Part shown: positions 17,541 through 31,400 of the stretch, piece after piece
Position numbering within the stretch: position 1 is the stretch's first letter
How the letters are laid out: each line of letters opens with the position of its first letter
Assembly (NCBI GenBank): GCA_963668175.1
Contig: OY764159.1
Location: forward strand, 1,984,001 to 2,048,000
From: Syntrophales bacterium
GTDB lineage: Bacteria; Desulfobacterota; Syntrophia; Syntrophales; PHBD01
Reading direction: 5' to 3'
Length of the DNA: 64,000 nucleotides
Translations under genes and position numbers: made by a program
Notes under the pieces: generated by a model
Database searches by the model: none
The model's input: the letters and a program-made list of their open reading frames with translations, nothing else
What the model was told of the DNA's origin: nothing

Positions 17541-20402
17541 ATGACAGATAAAACGAGAAAAAGCATCATCGAAAAGGCTACGGCGTCTTTGCTCGCCGAC
17601 AGCAGCGTGCTTTCGGAATTGACGGCCGATAACGGCAGAGGAAAGGGAAAACCCATGAAGAATATGGAAGACACAAGGAAAAGCGCAGGCTCGAACGGAT
17701 CGGAGGCAGGCGAAAGGATCGGGGACCTGCTGGCCGCTTTCAGGGAAGGCCGCCTCGACCGTCGCGCCGACGTAAGCGGGATGAAAGGCACGGACAGGGA
17801 TATCCTGGCGAACGTCAACGAGCTCATCGATACGGTCGTCATGCCCCTGAACGTGGCCGCCGCGCATGTCGAAGACATCAGCAAGGGCGTCATCCCCGCC
17901 AGGATCACCGACCCCTGGCACGGCGAGTTCGATACGATCAAGAACAACATCAACAAGCTCATCGACGTTCTGGAGAGCCGCGGCCGGGACGTGCACGGCC
18001 TCATCGAGGCGGCGATCGAGGGAAAGCTTGCAACGCGGGCCGACACGAGCGCTTACCAGGGCATCCACAAGCAGGCCATCGACGGCGTCAACCGGCTCCT
18101 CGACGCCATCATCGGGCCCCTGAACGTATCGGCCGAGTACGTGGACCGGATCGCCAACGGGGAGATTCCCCCGAGGATCACGGACACCTATAAGGGCGAC
18201 TTCAACGAGATCAAGAACAACGTCAACAAGCTCCTCGACGTGCTGACAAGCCGGGGCAGGGACGTGGACGGCCTCATCAGCGCGGCGATCGAGGGGAAAC
18301 TCGCGACAAGGGCCGATTCCGGCTCCTACCAGGGCGTCCACAAGCAGGCCATCGACGGCGTCAACCGTCTTCTCGACGCCATCATCGGGCCCCTGAACGT
18401 GTCGGCCGAATACGTGGACCGGATCGCCAACGGCGAAATCCCGCCGCATATCACGGACACGTATAAGGGCGACTTCAACGAGATCAAGAACAACGTCAAC
18501 AAGCTCCTCGACGTGCTGACGAGCCGCGGGCAGGACGTGGACGGCCTCATCAGCGCGGCGATCGAGGGGCGGCTCGCGACAAGGGCCGATTCCGGCTCCT
18601 ACCAGGGCATCCACAAGAAGGCCATCGACGGCGTCAACCATCTTCTCGACGCCGTCATCGGGCCTCTGAATGTGTCGGCCGAATACGTGGACCGGATCGC
18701 GAACGGCGAAATCCCGCCGCATATCACGGACACGTATAAGGGCGATTTCAACGAGATCAAGAACAACGTCAACAAGCTCCTCGACGTGCTGACGAGCCGG
18801 GGCCGGGACGTGAACAACCTCATCAGCGCGGCGATCGAGGGGAGGCTGGCGACGCGGGCCGATACCGGCGCCTACCAGGGCATCCACAAGAAGGCCATCG
18901 ACGGCGTCAACCAGCTTCTCGACGCGGTGATCGGGCCTCTGAACGTCGCGGCCGAGTATGTGGACCGGATCGCCAACGGCGAAATTCCCCCGAAGATCAC
19001 TGACGCTTACAACGGCGACTTCAATATGATCAAGGACAACATCAACAAGCTCCTCGACGTGCTGACGAGCCGGGGCCGGGACGTGAACAACCTCATCAAC
19101 GCGGCGATCGAGGGGAGGCTGGCGACGCGGGCCGATACCGGCGCCTACCAGGGCATCCACAAGAAGGCCATCGACGGCGTCAACCAGCTTCTCGACGCGG
19201 TGATCGGGCCGCTGAACGTCGCGGCCGAGTATGTGGACCGCATCTCGAAGGGCGACATCCCCCCTCCGATCATGGACAACTACAAGGGCGACTTCAATGA
19301 GATCAAAAACAATATGAACATGCTGATCGAATCGATGAACGAAATAACCCATGTGGCCAGGGAAATCGCCGGCGGCAACCTCACGATCGAGATCAGGGAG
19401 CGTTCGGCCCAGGACCACCTGATGCAGGCCCTGGTCCTCATGGTGAAAAATCTGACGGAGGTGGTCGGCAACGTCCAGGCGGCGGCCGCCACCTTCGCGG
19501 AAGAAAGCGAGGAGATGAATTCCCGTTCCCTTACCCTATCCCAGGGGGCGACAGAGCAGGCGGCTTCGGCCGAAGAGGTGTCCGCGTCGATGGAAGAGAT
19601 GGCCTCCAACATCATGCAGAACGCCGACAACGCCCAGCAGACGGAAAAGATCGCCGTCAAGTCGGCGGAGGATGCGAAGGACGGCGGAGGAGCCGTCGCC
19701 GAGACGGTGAAGGCGATGAAGGAGATCGCGAGCAAAATATCCATCATCGAGGAGATCGCCCGCCAGACGAACATGCTGGCCCTCAACGCGGCGATCGAGG
19801 CGGCGCGGGCCGGGGAACACGGGAAGGGATTCGCCGTGGTGGCCGCGGAAGTCCGCCGCCTGGCCGAGCGCAGCCAGACGGCGGCGGGCGAGATCAACCG
19901 CCTGTCGGCGTCGAGCGTGCAGGTCGCCGAGAAGGCCGGGGATATGCTGACGAGGATCGTTCCGGCCATCCAGAGAACGGCCGACCTCGTCCAGGAGATC
20001 AACGCCTCGAGCAACGAGCAGAAGAACGGCGCCGACCAGATCAACCGGGCCATACAGCAGCTGGACCAGGTCATCCAGCAGAACGCGGCGGCGGCGGAAG
20101 AGATGTCGTCCGCATCCCAGGAACTATCCAGCCAGAGCGAAGTCCTCCTCGATGCGGTGGGGTTCTTCAGGACGAAGAACGGTTACGGCCGGGAAGAACG
20201 CGAAGGCGTACGCCTCCACGGAGGCGGACCGGCCCGCAAGGGCGCCGCCCCGGTGCGCAGGATCGCCGACAAACCGGCCCCCTCGGCGGGCCGCCCGCCC
20301 CGCCGCGGCGCAAGAACGGGAAAACCCCCGGGGTTCTCGCTCGACATGTCCGAAGCCTTATCGATGCGGGACGATGAGGACAGCGAGTTCGAGAAATACT
20401 GA
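17541..20402 (+). CDS. Cytoplasmic poly-HAMP methyl-accepting chemotaxis protein
   Basis: AAGGAGG RBS, no TM segment, 91-aa tandem repeats, [23 protein letters not shown], and C-terminal pentapeptide EFEKY. Confidence 0.93.
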   Translation: MTDKTRKSIIEKATASLLADSSVLSELTADNGRGKGKPMKNMEDTRKSAGSNGSEAGERIGDLLAAFREGRLDRRADVSGMKGTDRDILANVNELIDTVVMPLNVAAAHVEDISKGVIPARITDPWHGEFDTIKNNINKLIDVLESRGRDVHGLIEAAIEGKLATRADTSAYQGIHKQAIDGVNRLLDAIIGPLNVSAEYVDRIANGEIPPRITDTYKGDFNEIKNNVNKLLDVLTSRGRDVDGLISAAIEGKLATRADSGSYQGVHKQAIDGVNRLLDAIIGPLNVSAEYVDRIANGEIPPHITDTYKGDFNEIKNNVNKLLDVLTSRGQDVDGLISAAIEGRLATRADSGSYQGIHKKAIDGVNHLLDAVIGPLNVSAEYVDRIANGEIPPHITDTYKGDFNEIKNNVNKLLDVLTSRGRDVNNLISAAIEGRLATRADTGAYQGIHKKAIDGVNQLLDAVIGPLNVAAEYVDRIANGEIPPKITDAYNGDFNMIKDNINKLLDVLTSRGRDVNNLINAAIEGRLATRADTGAYQGIHKKAIDGVNQLLDAVIGPLNVAAEYVDRISKGDIPPPIMDNYKGDFNEIKNNMNMLIESMNEITHVAREIAGGNLTIEIRERSAQDHLMQALVLMVKNLTEVVGNVQAAAATFAEESEEMNSRSLTLSQGATEQAASAEEVSASMEEMASNIMQNADNAQQTEKIAVKSAEDAKDGGGAVAETVKAMKEIASKISIIEEIARQTNMLALNAAIEAARAGEHGKGFAVVAAEVRRLAERSQTAAGEINRLSASSVQVAEKAGDMLTRIVPAIQRTADLVQEINASSNEQKNGADQINRAIQQLDQVIQQNAAAAEEMSSASQELSSQSEVLLDAVGFFRTKNGYGREEREGVRLHGGGPARKGAAPVRRIADKPAPSAGRPPRRGARTGKPPGFSLDMSEALSMRDDEDSEFEKY
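17844..19320 (+). repeat. Intragenic 273-bp tandem repeat, about 5.5 copies (di-HAMP units)
   Basis: The PLNV(S/A)AEYVDRI motif (more divergent in the first copy) recurs at ~17844, 18117, 18390, 18663, 18936 and 19209. Confidence 0.9.
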
Positions 20403-20419
20403 AGGGAGGTGAAGGGAAG

Positions 20420-20956
20420 ATGAGTGTGGCAGGGATTGCGGAGTCGGCCCAATATCTCACCTTCAAGCTCCTCGACGAGAATTTCGCCGTGGACGTGGCC
20501 AAGGTGCGGGAGATTCTGGACTATACGCCGGCGACAAAGGTTCCGGGGACCCCCGATTACATGCGGGGCGTGATCAACGTCCGGGGGAACGTCGTGCCCG
20601 TCCTCGACATGCGTCTGAAATTCGGCCTCGATAAAACGGACCGGACCGTCGATACGTGTATCGTGGTGATGGAAATCGCGGTGGACGGGGATACGGCTGT
20701 CCTGGGCGCCCTGGTCGACTCGGTCCAGGAGGTGTTCGAGATTGACCCGGGCCAGATCGAGCCTCCGCCCCGGATCGGGACGCGCTGGCGCACGGAGTTT
20801 ATCAAAGGGATCGGGAAGCGCAACGGCGAGTTGATCATTATCCTGGATATCGACCGCATCTTTGCAAGCGACGAAGTCACCCGGATCCACGATGCGTCCG
20901 GGAACGGGAGCATGGCTCCCGGTGCGGCAAACGCACCGGCCGAGAATCCGGCGTGA
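20420..20956 (+). CDS. cheW: CheW coupling protein
   Basis: QYLTFKL, GVINVRGNVVPVLD and LVDSVQEV. Confidence 0.95.
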   Translation: MSVAGIAESAQYLTFKLLDENFAVDVAKVREILDYTPATKVPGTPDYMRGVINVRGNVVPVLDMRLKFGLDKTDRTVDTCIVVMEIAVDGDTAVLGALVDSVQEVFEIDPGQIEPPPRIGTRWRTEFIKGIGKRNGELIIILDIDRIFASDEVTRIHDASGNGSMAPGAANAPAENPA

Positions 20957-21017
20957 CCGCGTATACGTTCCCGCGCGGCCGAACGGCGCCTCCGGGAAAT
21001 GCAGGAAAATTTACGAT

Positions 21018-22995
<1,978 letters not shown>

Positions 22996-23038
22996 CGGGC
23001 CCCGAAAACGGGGAAGATGAAGAGACAAAGATGAACGG

Positions 23039-23599
23039 GTGAGCAGCATGAATCGGATCAACGAGGAAAAGCCCGCAAACGGCGGAACGGAGCAGGACGG
23101 AAAACATAGCGGCGGCGAAAACGCGCATGTCGTCAAGACGAGAATTCTGGTCATCGACGACAACGAGCAGGTGCGGAGCATGCTCGAGCAGATGCTGACC
23201 AAGCGGGGCTTCGAGATCGAAGTCGCGCCGAACGGGGAGAATGCGGCCGAAATGCACAGGCGCAAGGCCTTCGATGTCGTCATCACCGACATCATCATGC
23301 CGGGCAAGGAAGGCCTGGAAACGATCGGCGAGTTCCGCCGTCTCTTTCCGGACGTCAAGATTATCGCCATCTCCGGAGGCGGCCGGATAGGCCTCGCCCA
23401 TTACCTGGAGACGGCCAAGAGGATAGGCGCCCATAAGACGATGGCGAAGCCTTTCCGGTCGGCCGAACTGGTCAAGGCGATCGAAGATCTGCTGGAAGGC
23501 CGGGGCAATACGGGCGTCGACGCCCACCCGGGCGTAAATCAAGGAGAAAGAAGGGGAAAGAAAAATGATAGCGTGTCAGGTCCCGGTCCAGGGGAATGA
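23039..23599 (+). CDS. Single-domain response regulator
   Basis: ILVIDD, ITDIIMP, AISGG and AKPF. Start uncertain. Confidence 0.85.
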   Translation: MSSMNRINEEKPANGGTEQDGKHSGGENAHVVKTRILVIDDNEQVRSMLEQMLTKRGFEIEVAPNGENAAEMHRRKAFDVVITDIIMPGKEGLETIGEFRRLFPDVKIIAISGGGRIGLAHYLETAKRIGAHKTMAKPFRSAELVKAIEDLLEGRGNTGVDAHPGVNQGERRGKKNDSVSGPGPGE

Positions 23600-24692
23600 A
23601 GAAGACAAATACGGCGTACTCCGCGCCAGGATCCACGAACTCGAACTATCGGAAATGGAGCTGAAGAGCGCATCGGTGGTGCTCGACGAGAACCGCCGGA
23701 CGATTTCCGCCCTGATGAACAACCTGCCCGGCATGGCCTACCGGTGCCGGCACGACCGGAGCCGGACCATGGCCTTCGTCAGCCAGGGGTGCCTGAACCT
23801 CACGGGCTGCAGCGACGCCGAACTGACGGGAGGCCGGGGCAACCGGTATTCGAGCCTCATCCACCGGGAGGACCGCCGGCATGTCTTCGGGGAGATCGAG
23901 CGGGCCGTGGCCGCCGGGACCCCTTTCAACATTGTCTACCGGATCATGAGCGTGGGCTGCGGCGAAAAATGGGTGTGGGAAAACGGCCATGCCGTCTACG
24001 AGCCGACCGGCGAACCCTACATGCTGGAAGGCTTCGTTATGGATATTACCGAGCACAAGATGACGGAGCTTACCCTTAAGCAGAAATCCCTGGCGCATGA
24101 AAAGGCCATGATGGGCACCATAGAGGCCGTCTCGAGGATGGTCGCCATGCGCGACGCTTACACGGCCGGCCACGAGGAAAGGGTGGCCGAACTGGCGGCG
24201 GCGACGGCGGCGGAGATCGGCATGGACGGAGGGCAGATCGAAGGCATCCGGGCCGCCGGCCTGATCCACGACATCGGAAAGATCAACGTCCCCGTGGACA
24301 TCCTGAACAAGCCGGGCAAGCTGAACCGCATCGAGTATCATTTTGTCAGGGAGCATGTCCGGACGGGCTATGAAATCCTGAAGGGGATCGACTTCCCCTG
24401 GCCGGTTGCGGACATCGTCTGGCAGCATCACGAGAGGATGGACGGTTCCGGTTATCCCCGCGGGCTCCGGGGCGACGACATCCTCACCGAGGCCCGCATC
24501 ATTGCCGTTGCGGACGTCGTCGAGGCCATGGCTTACGACCGGCCTTACCGTCCGGCGCTGGGGCTCCCCGCCGCCATTGAAGAAATATCGAAAAACTGCG
24601 GACGGCTCTACGACGCCGACGCCGTGGCCGCCTGTCTCCGGGTCATCGGGGACCGCCGTATCGACTTTCTGAAAGGCGGCGACCGGAAATGA
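23565..24692 (+). CDS. PAS + HD-GYP cyclic dinucleotide phosphodiesterase
   Basis: PAS/PAC, then YTAGH, IHDIGK, HHERMDGSGYP and ADVVEAM. Confidence 0.92.
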   Translation: MIACQVPVQGNEEDKYGVLRARIHELELSEMELKSASVVLDENRRTISALMNNLPGMAYRCRHDRSRTMAFVSQGCLNLTGCSDAELTGGRGNRYSSLIHREDRRHVFGEIERAVAAGTPFNIVYRIMSVGCGEKWVWENGHAVYEPTGEPYMLEGFVMDITEHKMTELTLKQKSLAHEKAMMGTIEAVSRMVAMRDAYTAGHEERVAELAAATAAEIGMDGGQIEGIRAAGLIHDIGKINVPVDILNKPGKLNRIEYHFVREHVRTGYEILKGIDFPWPVADIVWQHHERMDGSGYPRGLRGDDILTEARIIAVADVVEAMAYDRPYRPALGLPAAIEEISKNCGRLYDADAVAACLRVIGDRRIDFLKGGDRK

Positions 24693-27600
24693 CCGCCGAA
24701 CCTTACGGCAGGGAACGGAAGACTCAAGACGGGGTCAGGTTGCGTTCGTGGTCCCTGCGGCGGCACCTCATCGCCGTGGTCGTCGTTTCCCTCCTGCCCG
24801 TGCTGGGTATTCTCCTCTATACGAATGCGGAGTTGAAACAACGCGCCGTCGAGGATGCCGACGCTTCCGCCCGCGGCCTGGCCCGCAACGTCGCCCGGCA
24901 GCACCAGCAGAACACCGAAAGCACGAGACAGCTCCTCATGACCCTGAGCCGGATTCCCGCCGTGCAGCAGGGAGATATAAAGGCCTGTAACCGGGTCTTC
25001 AGGGATATCAGGAACGCCAATCCCCTCTATCTGGATATCCTCCTGGTTACGCGCGGAGGCATCGTCGTCGCTTCAGCACTCTCTCCCGCGAGGCGCGACG
25101 TCAGTCGCAGAAAATACTTTCTCGATGCCGTCAGAACCGGAGGCTTTTCCTCCGGGGAGTATGTCGTAGGTCTTGTCTCCAGGATTCCCGCTTTCCATTA
25201 CGCTTATCCGGTCCGCGACGCTCACGGAAACCTGAAAGGGGTCGTGGCCGCTTCCATGGATCTCACGTCCTATGGAGGCAATTTTTCTGCGGCGAATCTG
25301 CCGGAGGGATCGGTGATCGTGATGAGCGATTACCGCCACCGCAATGTGCTGAGGCTTCCCGACGGCGCCGGCTACGTGGGGTCGACCGACCGGGACGAGA
25401 TGATCACGCTCATGGCGGGCGGAGATGACGAGGGCACCTTTGTGTTGCCCGGACGCGACAGTATGATCCGCCTTTATGCCTTTCAACGCCTCCGCCTGAG
25501 TCCCGGTCAACCTCCTTATCTCTACATCCGCGTGGGCATCCCCCGGGAGACGGCGCTCGTGCCGGTGGCCCGCATCGAACGCAGGAACATTCTGCTTCTG
25601 GCGGCCGTTTTCGTTCTCTCCCTCTCTCTGGCCTGGCTGATGGCCGATTACATGATCATGCGGCGGTTCAACCGCCTCGTCGAACTTGCCCGGAAGCTCG
25701 GCCGGGGGGAACTGGCGTCCCGTTCCGGCCTGGATTATGCGGGCGGAGAAATCGGCCTCCTCGCCGAGTCCCTGGACGGGATGGCGGCGGACATCCAGGA
25801 GAGGCGGCAGAAGCAGCTTCGGTCGGAAGAGGCTCTGCGGTTGAGCGAGGAGACGTTCCGCAGCCTCGTCGAGGCCACGCGGGACCTGGTCTTCACGATA
25901 GACCGCGAAGGTCGGTGCACGTATCTCAATCCGCGTTTCGAGGCCGTCACAGGTTTTGCCGCCGGCGAGATGATGGGGCAGCCCTTTTCGGCCATCGTCG
26001 CCCCGGAATACGTTCCCGAAGTGCGGGCGCACTTCCGCAGGGAGTTGGAAGGCGAGCACATGCCGCCGTACCGGGTCGATCTCATCGGCAGGCATGCCGG
26101 CCGGGTTCCCGTGGAGTTCCTGACGGCGGCCCTGTTCGACCGCGAGGGGAACGTCATCGGCCGCTGCGGCGTGGGGCGCGACGTTTCGGAGCGGATCGAG
26201 GCGGACAAGAACCTCCGGGAATCGGAGGAGAAATACCGGACCCTCTTCGAGCGGATGGCCCAAGGGGTCGTCTACATGAACGCCGACGGGGAGGTGTTCT
26301 CCGCCAATCCGGCGGCGGAGGCCATCCTCGGAAGGACGGCGGATGAACTCCGGGGAAAGACCCCCCGGGAACTGGGCTGGCAGGCTTTCCGCGAGGACGG
26401 TATGTCCTGTCCCGGCGACGAGCATCCGGCCCTGACGGCCCTCAGGACAGGCATGGCCGTTCGGCAGAATCTGACGGGGATAGCGAATCCGCGGGACGGC
26501 AGGGTGCACTGGATTCTCGTCGACGCCGTGCCCCGTATCGATGCTGTCGGGAAGCGGCCCCGGGAAGTTTTCGCCACCTTTACCGACATTACGGCCCTCA
26601 GAGAGGCCGAGGAGGCGGCAAGGATGAGCGAACAGCGTTTCGGCCTTCTCGTGAACAATATGGCGGAAGGGGTGGCCGTGCACCGGTTGATCTGCGACGA
26701 CTCCGGGCGGCCGGCAGATTACGAAATCCTGGACGTGAACCCCCGGTACGAGCAGATTCTTTCCATGGAGAAGGCATCCGTCGTCGGCCGGAGAGCGTCC
26801 GCCGTCTACGGGACGGGCGAGGCCCCCTATCTTGCCGAGTACGCCGCGGCGGCGCGATCCCGGAAACCCCTGCGGTTCGAGGTCTACTACACGCCCCTCG
26901 ACAAGCATTTCAATATCTCGGTCATTGCCCTGAAAGAGAACGAATTCGCCACGATATTTCTCGATATCAGCGACCGGAAGCGGTTCGAAGCGGAGAAGGC
27001 GGAGATCGAAAAGCGCCTCCTCCAGTCGCAGAAGATGGAGGCCATCGGGACCCTGGCGGGAGGCATCGCCCACGACTTCAACAATATCCTGTCCGCCATG
27101 ATAGGCTATGCGGAGATGGCCCAGGAAGAGACGGAGAGGGAGGCGCAGGAGAACTATATAGGGCAGGTCCTTTACGCCTGCGACCGTGCCCGGACGCTGG
27201 TGGCGCAGATACTCGATTTCAGCCGCCAGGCCGAGCAGAAGCACGGACCGGCGGATATCGTCGCCGCCGTCCGGGAAGGCATGGGGCTCCTGCGCGCTTC
27301 CCTGCCGACCACGATCAGGATCGAAGAGGCCCTGCCGGATGAGCCCCTTTTCGCGTCGTGCGATGCGACCCAGGTCCACCAGGTGCTCCTCAATCTCTGC
27401 ACGAATGCCGCCCACGCCATGCGCGACCGGGGAGGTTTGCTCAAAGTGGAGCTTACCGATGCCGACTTCGCCGAAGACGACCCGCAAAAACCGCCGGAGA
27501 TCGCCCCCGGCGGCTATGCGGTCCTGACCGTTACCGACAACGGGCCGGGGATACCCCAGGACATCATGGGCAGGATATTCGATCCCTTCTTCACGACAAA

Positions 27601-28225
27601 GGGGCCCGGCGAGGGAACAGGGCTCGGCCTCTCGATGGTGTACGGCATCGTGAAGGGATACGGCGGGGCGGTCGCCGTCCGGAGCGACCCCGGCCGGGAA
27701 ACGGCGGTCACGGTATGGCTGCCGCGCCTTTCCGCCCCCGTCTCCGACTCCGACTGGACCGAGCCGCAGCCGGCGGCTCCGACGGGCCAGGGGCGGATCC
27801 TCTTCGTGGACGACGAGGAGGCCCTGGTCGATATCGGCGAGAAAATGTTCACATCCCTGGGGTATGAAGTGACGGCGACGGCAAACAGCATCGAGGCGCT
27901 GGAGCTTTTCCGGTCGGACCCGGACGGGTTCGATCTCCTCATCACGGACCTGACCATGCCCGGCCTGACGGGAATCGACCTCGCCCTGAAAGCCCGGGCC
28001 GTCCGTCCTTCCCTGCCCGTGATCCTCTGCACGGGATTCAGCGAGAGGATCAGCGGCGACGTGCTCCACAAAGCCGGTATCAGGGAGGTCCTGTCCAAGC
28101 CCGTGCCGAAAGCCGAGTTCGCCAGGGCGGTCAAAAAGGTCATGGATAGCCCTGAAGGCCGGGATTCCGGGAGCGATGTCCATGCTGCGGGAAACGGCCT
28201 GAACGGGGCGGCGGCCGGACTCTGA
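24689..28225 (+). CDS. Membrane hybrid histidine kinase (Cache-HAMP-3xPAS-HisKA-HATPase-REC)
   Basis: Two TM segments, GGIAHDFNNIL, FFTTKGPGEGTGLGL and a C-terminal REC (LITDLTMP). Confidence 0.93.
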   Translation: MTAEPYGRERKTQDGVRLRSWSLRRHLIAVVVVSLLPVLGILLYTNAELKQRAVEDADASARGLARNVARQHQQNTESTRQLLMTLSRIPAVQQGDIKACNRVFRDIRNANPLYLDILLVTRGGIVVASALSPARRDVSRRKYFLDAVRTGGFSSGEYVVGLVSRIPAFHYAYPVRDAHGNLKGVVAASMDLTSYGGNFSAANLPEGSVIVMSDYRHRNVLRLPDGAGYVGSTDRDEMITLMAGGDDEGTFVLPGRDSMIRLYAFQRLRLSPGQPPYLYIRVGIPRETALVPVARIERRNILLLAAVFVLSLSLAWLMADYMIMRRFNRLVELARKLGRGELASRSGLDYAGGEIGLLAESLDGMAADIQERRQKQLRSEEALRLSEETFRSLVEATRDLVFTIDREGRCTYLNPRFEAVTGFAAGEMMGQPFSAIVAPEYVPEVRAHFRRELEGEHMPPYRVDLIGRHAGRVPVEFLTAALFDREGNVIGRCGVGRDVSERIEADKNLRESEEKYRTLFERMAQGVVYMNADGEVFSANPAAEAILGRTADELRGKTPRELGWQAFREDGMSCPGDEHPALTALRTGMAVRQNLTGIANPRDGRVHWILVDAVPRIDAVGKRPREVFATFTDITALREAEEAARMSEQRFGLLVNNMAEGVAVHRLICDDSGRPADYEILDVNPRYEQILSMEKASVVGRRASAVYGTGEAPYLAEYAAAARSRKPLRFEVYYTPLDKHFNISVIALKENEFATIFLDISDRKRFEAEKAEIEKRLLQSQKMEAIGTLAGGIAHDFNNILSAMIGYAEMAQEETEREAQENYIGQVLYACDRARTLVAQILDFSRQAEQKHGPADIVAAVREGMGLLRASLPTTIRIEEALPDEPLFASCDATQVHQVLLNLCTNAAHAMRDRGGLLKVELTDADFAEDDPQKPPEIAPGGYAVLTVTDNGPGIPQDIMGRIFDPFFTTKGPGEGTGLGLSMVYGIVKGYGGAVAVRSDPGRETAVTVWLPRLSAPVSDSDWTEPQPAAPTGQGRILFVDDEEALVDIGEKMFTSLGYEVTATANSIEALELFRSDPDGFDLLITDLTMPGLTGIDLALKARAVRPSLPVILCTGFSERISGDVLHKAGIREVLSKPVPKAEFARAVKKVMDSPEGRDSGSDVHAAGNGLNGAAAGL

Positions 28226-28446
28226 ACCGGGCCGGCGCCGATACGGGGCGGGGCGACCGCAGCGAAGTCATTGCGGAAATTAATAAATAACTTGAATTGC
28301 CGCCATCCTTCCATTAATAATGGATGCGGAGGGGGGGCGGCGAGAAGGCGGAATTCATAGTCCTGCCTTGAATCGAGATTCCGGGGAGAAGGCGGCTCTG
28401 AATGCCGCAGCCCTTTTTTGTCCGGGGGGATCGGACGAGTGAGGCC

Positions 28447-31400
28447 ATGTACCGAATCCTGATTGCAGACAACGACGATGCGTCCCGGGAGGCCCTGACA
28501 GGGATCGTAAGCGGCCTGGGGTACGAACTCGCCGGATCGGCCTGGGATGGAAGCACCGCCGTTCGTCTCGCAGGCGAACTGAGGCCCGACCTGGTGCTCA
28601 TGGATATCGTCATGTCCGGAGATTCGGACGGCATTGCCGCGGCGGGGACCATCCATAAGGAGTTCGACATTCCCGTGGTCTTCATGACGGGTTCGGCGAA
28701 CGCCGACTCCGCCGTCAGGGCCGCCGTCGCCGACGCTTACGGATACCTGGTCAAGCCCTTTCCGGGGGAGGCGCTGGGGGGCGCCGTCGAGATCGCCGTC
28801 AGAAGACACGGCGAAATGCGGCGGCTTGCCGACGGGAACAAGTTCTTCCGGATTTTCAACAACGCCCCTCTGTCCATGACCATGAGCACCGTCGACGACG
28901 GCACCTTCATCGACGTGAACGAGAAGTTCGGCCAGGTGACGGGATACAGCCGCGAGGAAGTCGTCGGCAAGAGCATGGCGGCCCTGGGGTGGATGTCCGA
29001 GAAGGTCCGGGGCCGCATCGCCGCCGGCATCAAGTCCAGGGGAAGGGTCGAAAGCCTGGAGTTTTACGTCAAGGCCAAAAACGGCAAGCAGCTCTGTTTC
29101 CTATACAGCGGCGAGGTGATCGAGATCGAGGACAGGCCGCTGATCCTCTCCATCGCCCAGGATATTACGGACCGCAAGAAGATGGAGACGGCGCTGCGCG
29201 ACGCCGAGACCAAGTTCCGGACGGTGGCGGACAACACCTACGGCTGGGAATTCTGGCTCGACGAACACGGCCGGTTCCTGTACAATTCCCCGTCCTGCCT
29301 GAACGTTACCGGATACGGCGCCGCCGAATTCAGGAGGGACCCGCAACTCTTTTTCCGCATCATCCATTCGGACGACAGGGAACTGTTCCGCATCCATATC
29401 CTGGAGGCGGAATCGCGGGCCGCAACGGAAGGCATCGATTTCCGCATCATCCACAAGGACGGTTCGGTCCGGTGGATCGCCCATGTCTGCCAGCCGGTCC
29501 ACGACCGGGACGGTGCGTATCTCGGCATCAGGGGAAGCAACCGCGACATCACCGACCGGAAAAGGCTGGAAGAGGAGTGGCGGAAGAGCGATTTTATCAT
29601 CAACGCGGCGGGCGAATTCATCACGATGATCAACCGCCGCTACGTGTATGAACTGGTCAGCGATTCGTACTGCCGGGCCATGGCCCGAAGCCGGCAGGAG
29701 ATCGTCGGCCGGACGGTCGGCAAAATCTGGGGCGAGGAGCGATTCCGGAACGTCATCAAGGAGAAGCTCGACCGCTGCTTCGCCGGCGGCGCCGTCAGCG
29801 ACCAGGACTGGCTGGACCTGCCCAACGGGGGGCGCCGTTATTTTCATATTCATTACTATCCCTATGCGGAGCCGGGCGGCCGAACCACCCACGCTATCGT
29901 CATTTCCCACGACGTGACCGAATTGAAGCAGGCCGAACTGGGCCTGAGCGAAGCGGAAAAGAACTACCGGGACATCGTGGAGCATGCGGAAGAGGGGATA
30001 TTCCGGACGGCGCCGGACGGCCGTTTCCTGATGGCGAACAAGGCCATCGCCGCCATGCTCGGCTACGACTCCCCCGAGGAGCTGCTGAACGCGGAGGCGG
30101 ACATAAGCGAACGGATGTACGTCCGTCCCGAAGACCGCGACGAGGCGCTCCGGACCATCAACGAGAAGGGCGCGGTCCGCGGTTACGAGACGGAGCTCTA
30201 CCGGAAGGACGGAAGCCGGATCTGGATTTCCATGAACATGCGCGCCGTCCACGATGCCGGCGGGAACCTGCTCTGCTATGAAGGTATCAACCAGGACGTC
30301 ACCGCGCGCAAGCAGGCGGACGAGGACCGCCTGAGGATCGAGGCGCAGCTCCTCCAGTCGCAGAAGCTGGAGACCATCGGCCGGCTTGCGGCGGGCATGG
30401 CGCACGACTTCAACAACCTGATCGCCCCGATCAGGGGTTTCGCCGAGATCATGATGGACGAATGCACCCCCGGGGACCCGCACCAGGACGACCTGAAACA
30501 GATCAAGCTTGCCGCCGAGATGGCCGGGAACCTGACGCGGCAGCTCCTTGCCTTCGGGAGCAAGCAGATCCTGTCGCTGAAGCCCTTGGACATGCGGCAG
30601 GTCGTCCGCGGCGTCGAAAAGCTCCTGCGCCGCACCGTCCGGGAGGACATCGACATCAGGATCAAGGTGCCCAAGTCGCTCAAAAAGATCAACGCCGACA
30701 TCAGCCAGATCGAGCAGATCATCGTCAACCTGGCGGTCAACGCCCAGGACGCCATGCCGGGCAAAGGGCTTTTCGCCATCGAGCTGAAAGGCATCCGCAT
30801 CGACGCGGACGTGCCCGACAAGGACCCCCGGGCGGCGCAGGGCGACTATGTCCTCCTGTCCATCAGCGACACGGGGTGCGGCATGGACCAGGAGACCATG
30901 GAGCACATCTTCGAACCTTTCTTCACGACGAAGGAGAAGGGCCGGGGGACGGGACTCGGGCTGTCCACCGTCTACGGCATCATCAAGCAGCACGGCGGTT
31001 TCATCAACGTTTATTCGGAAGTGGGCCGCGGCAGCACGCTGAACATATACCTGCCCTGCATGAGGGGGGGCAGGGACGCGGAGCTGATCGTTCCCGGCGA
31101 GGAAGAGGTGGTCAAGGGCGGCTCCGAAACCCTCCTCATCGCCGAAGACAACGACATGGTGCTCAGGATGACCCGCCGGGCCCTCGAGCGGATCGGCTAC
31201 CGGGTCGTGGCGGCCAACGATCCCGAGCAGTGCCTGAGGATGGTGGCGGCGTATCCGGACACGATCCATCTCATGCTCATCGACGTCATCATGCCGGGCA
31301 TGAACGGGAAGGAATTGTACGAGCGCCTGTCGGTCCTGCGGCCGGGCGTGGACGTCATCTACATGTCGGGTTACAGCGAAGACGTCATCAGTCATCACGG

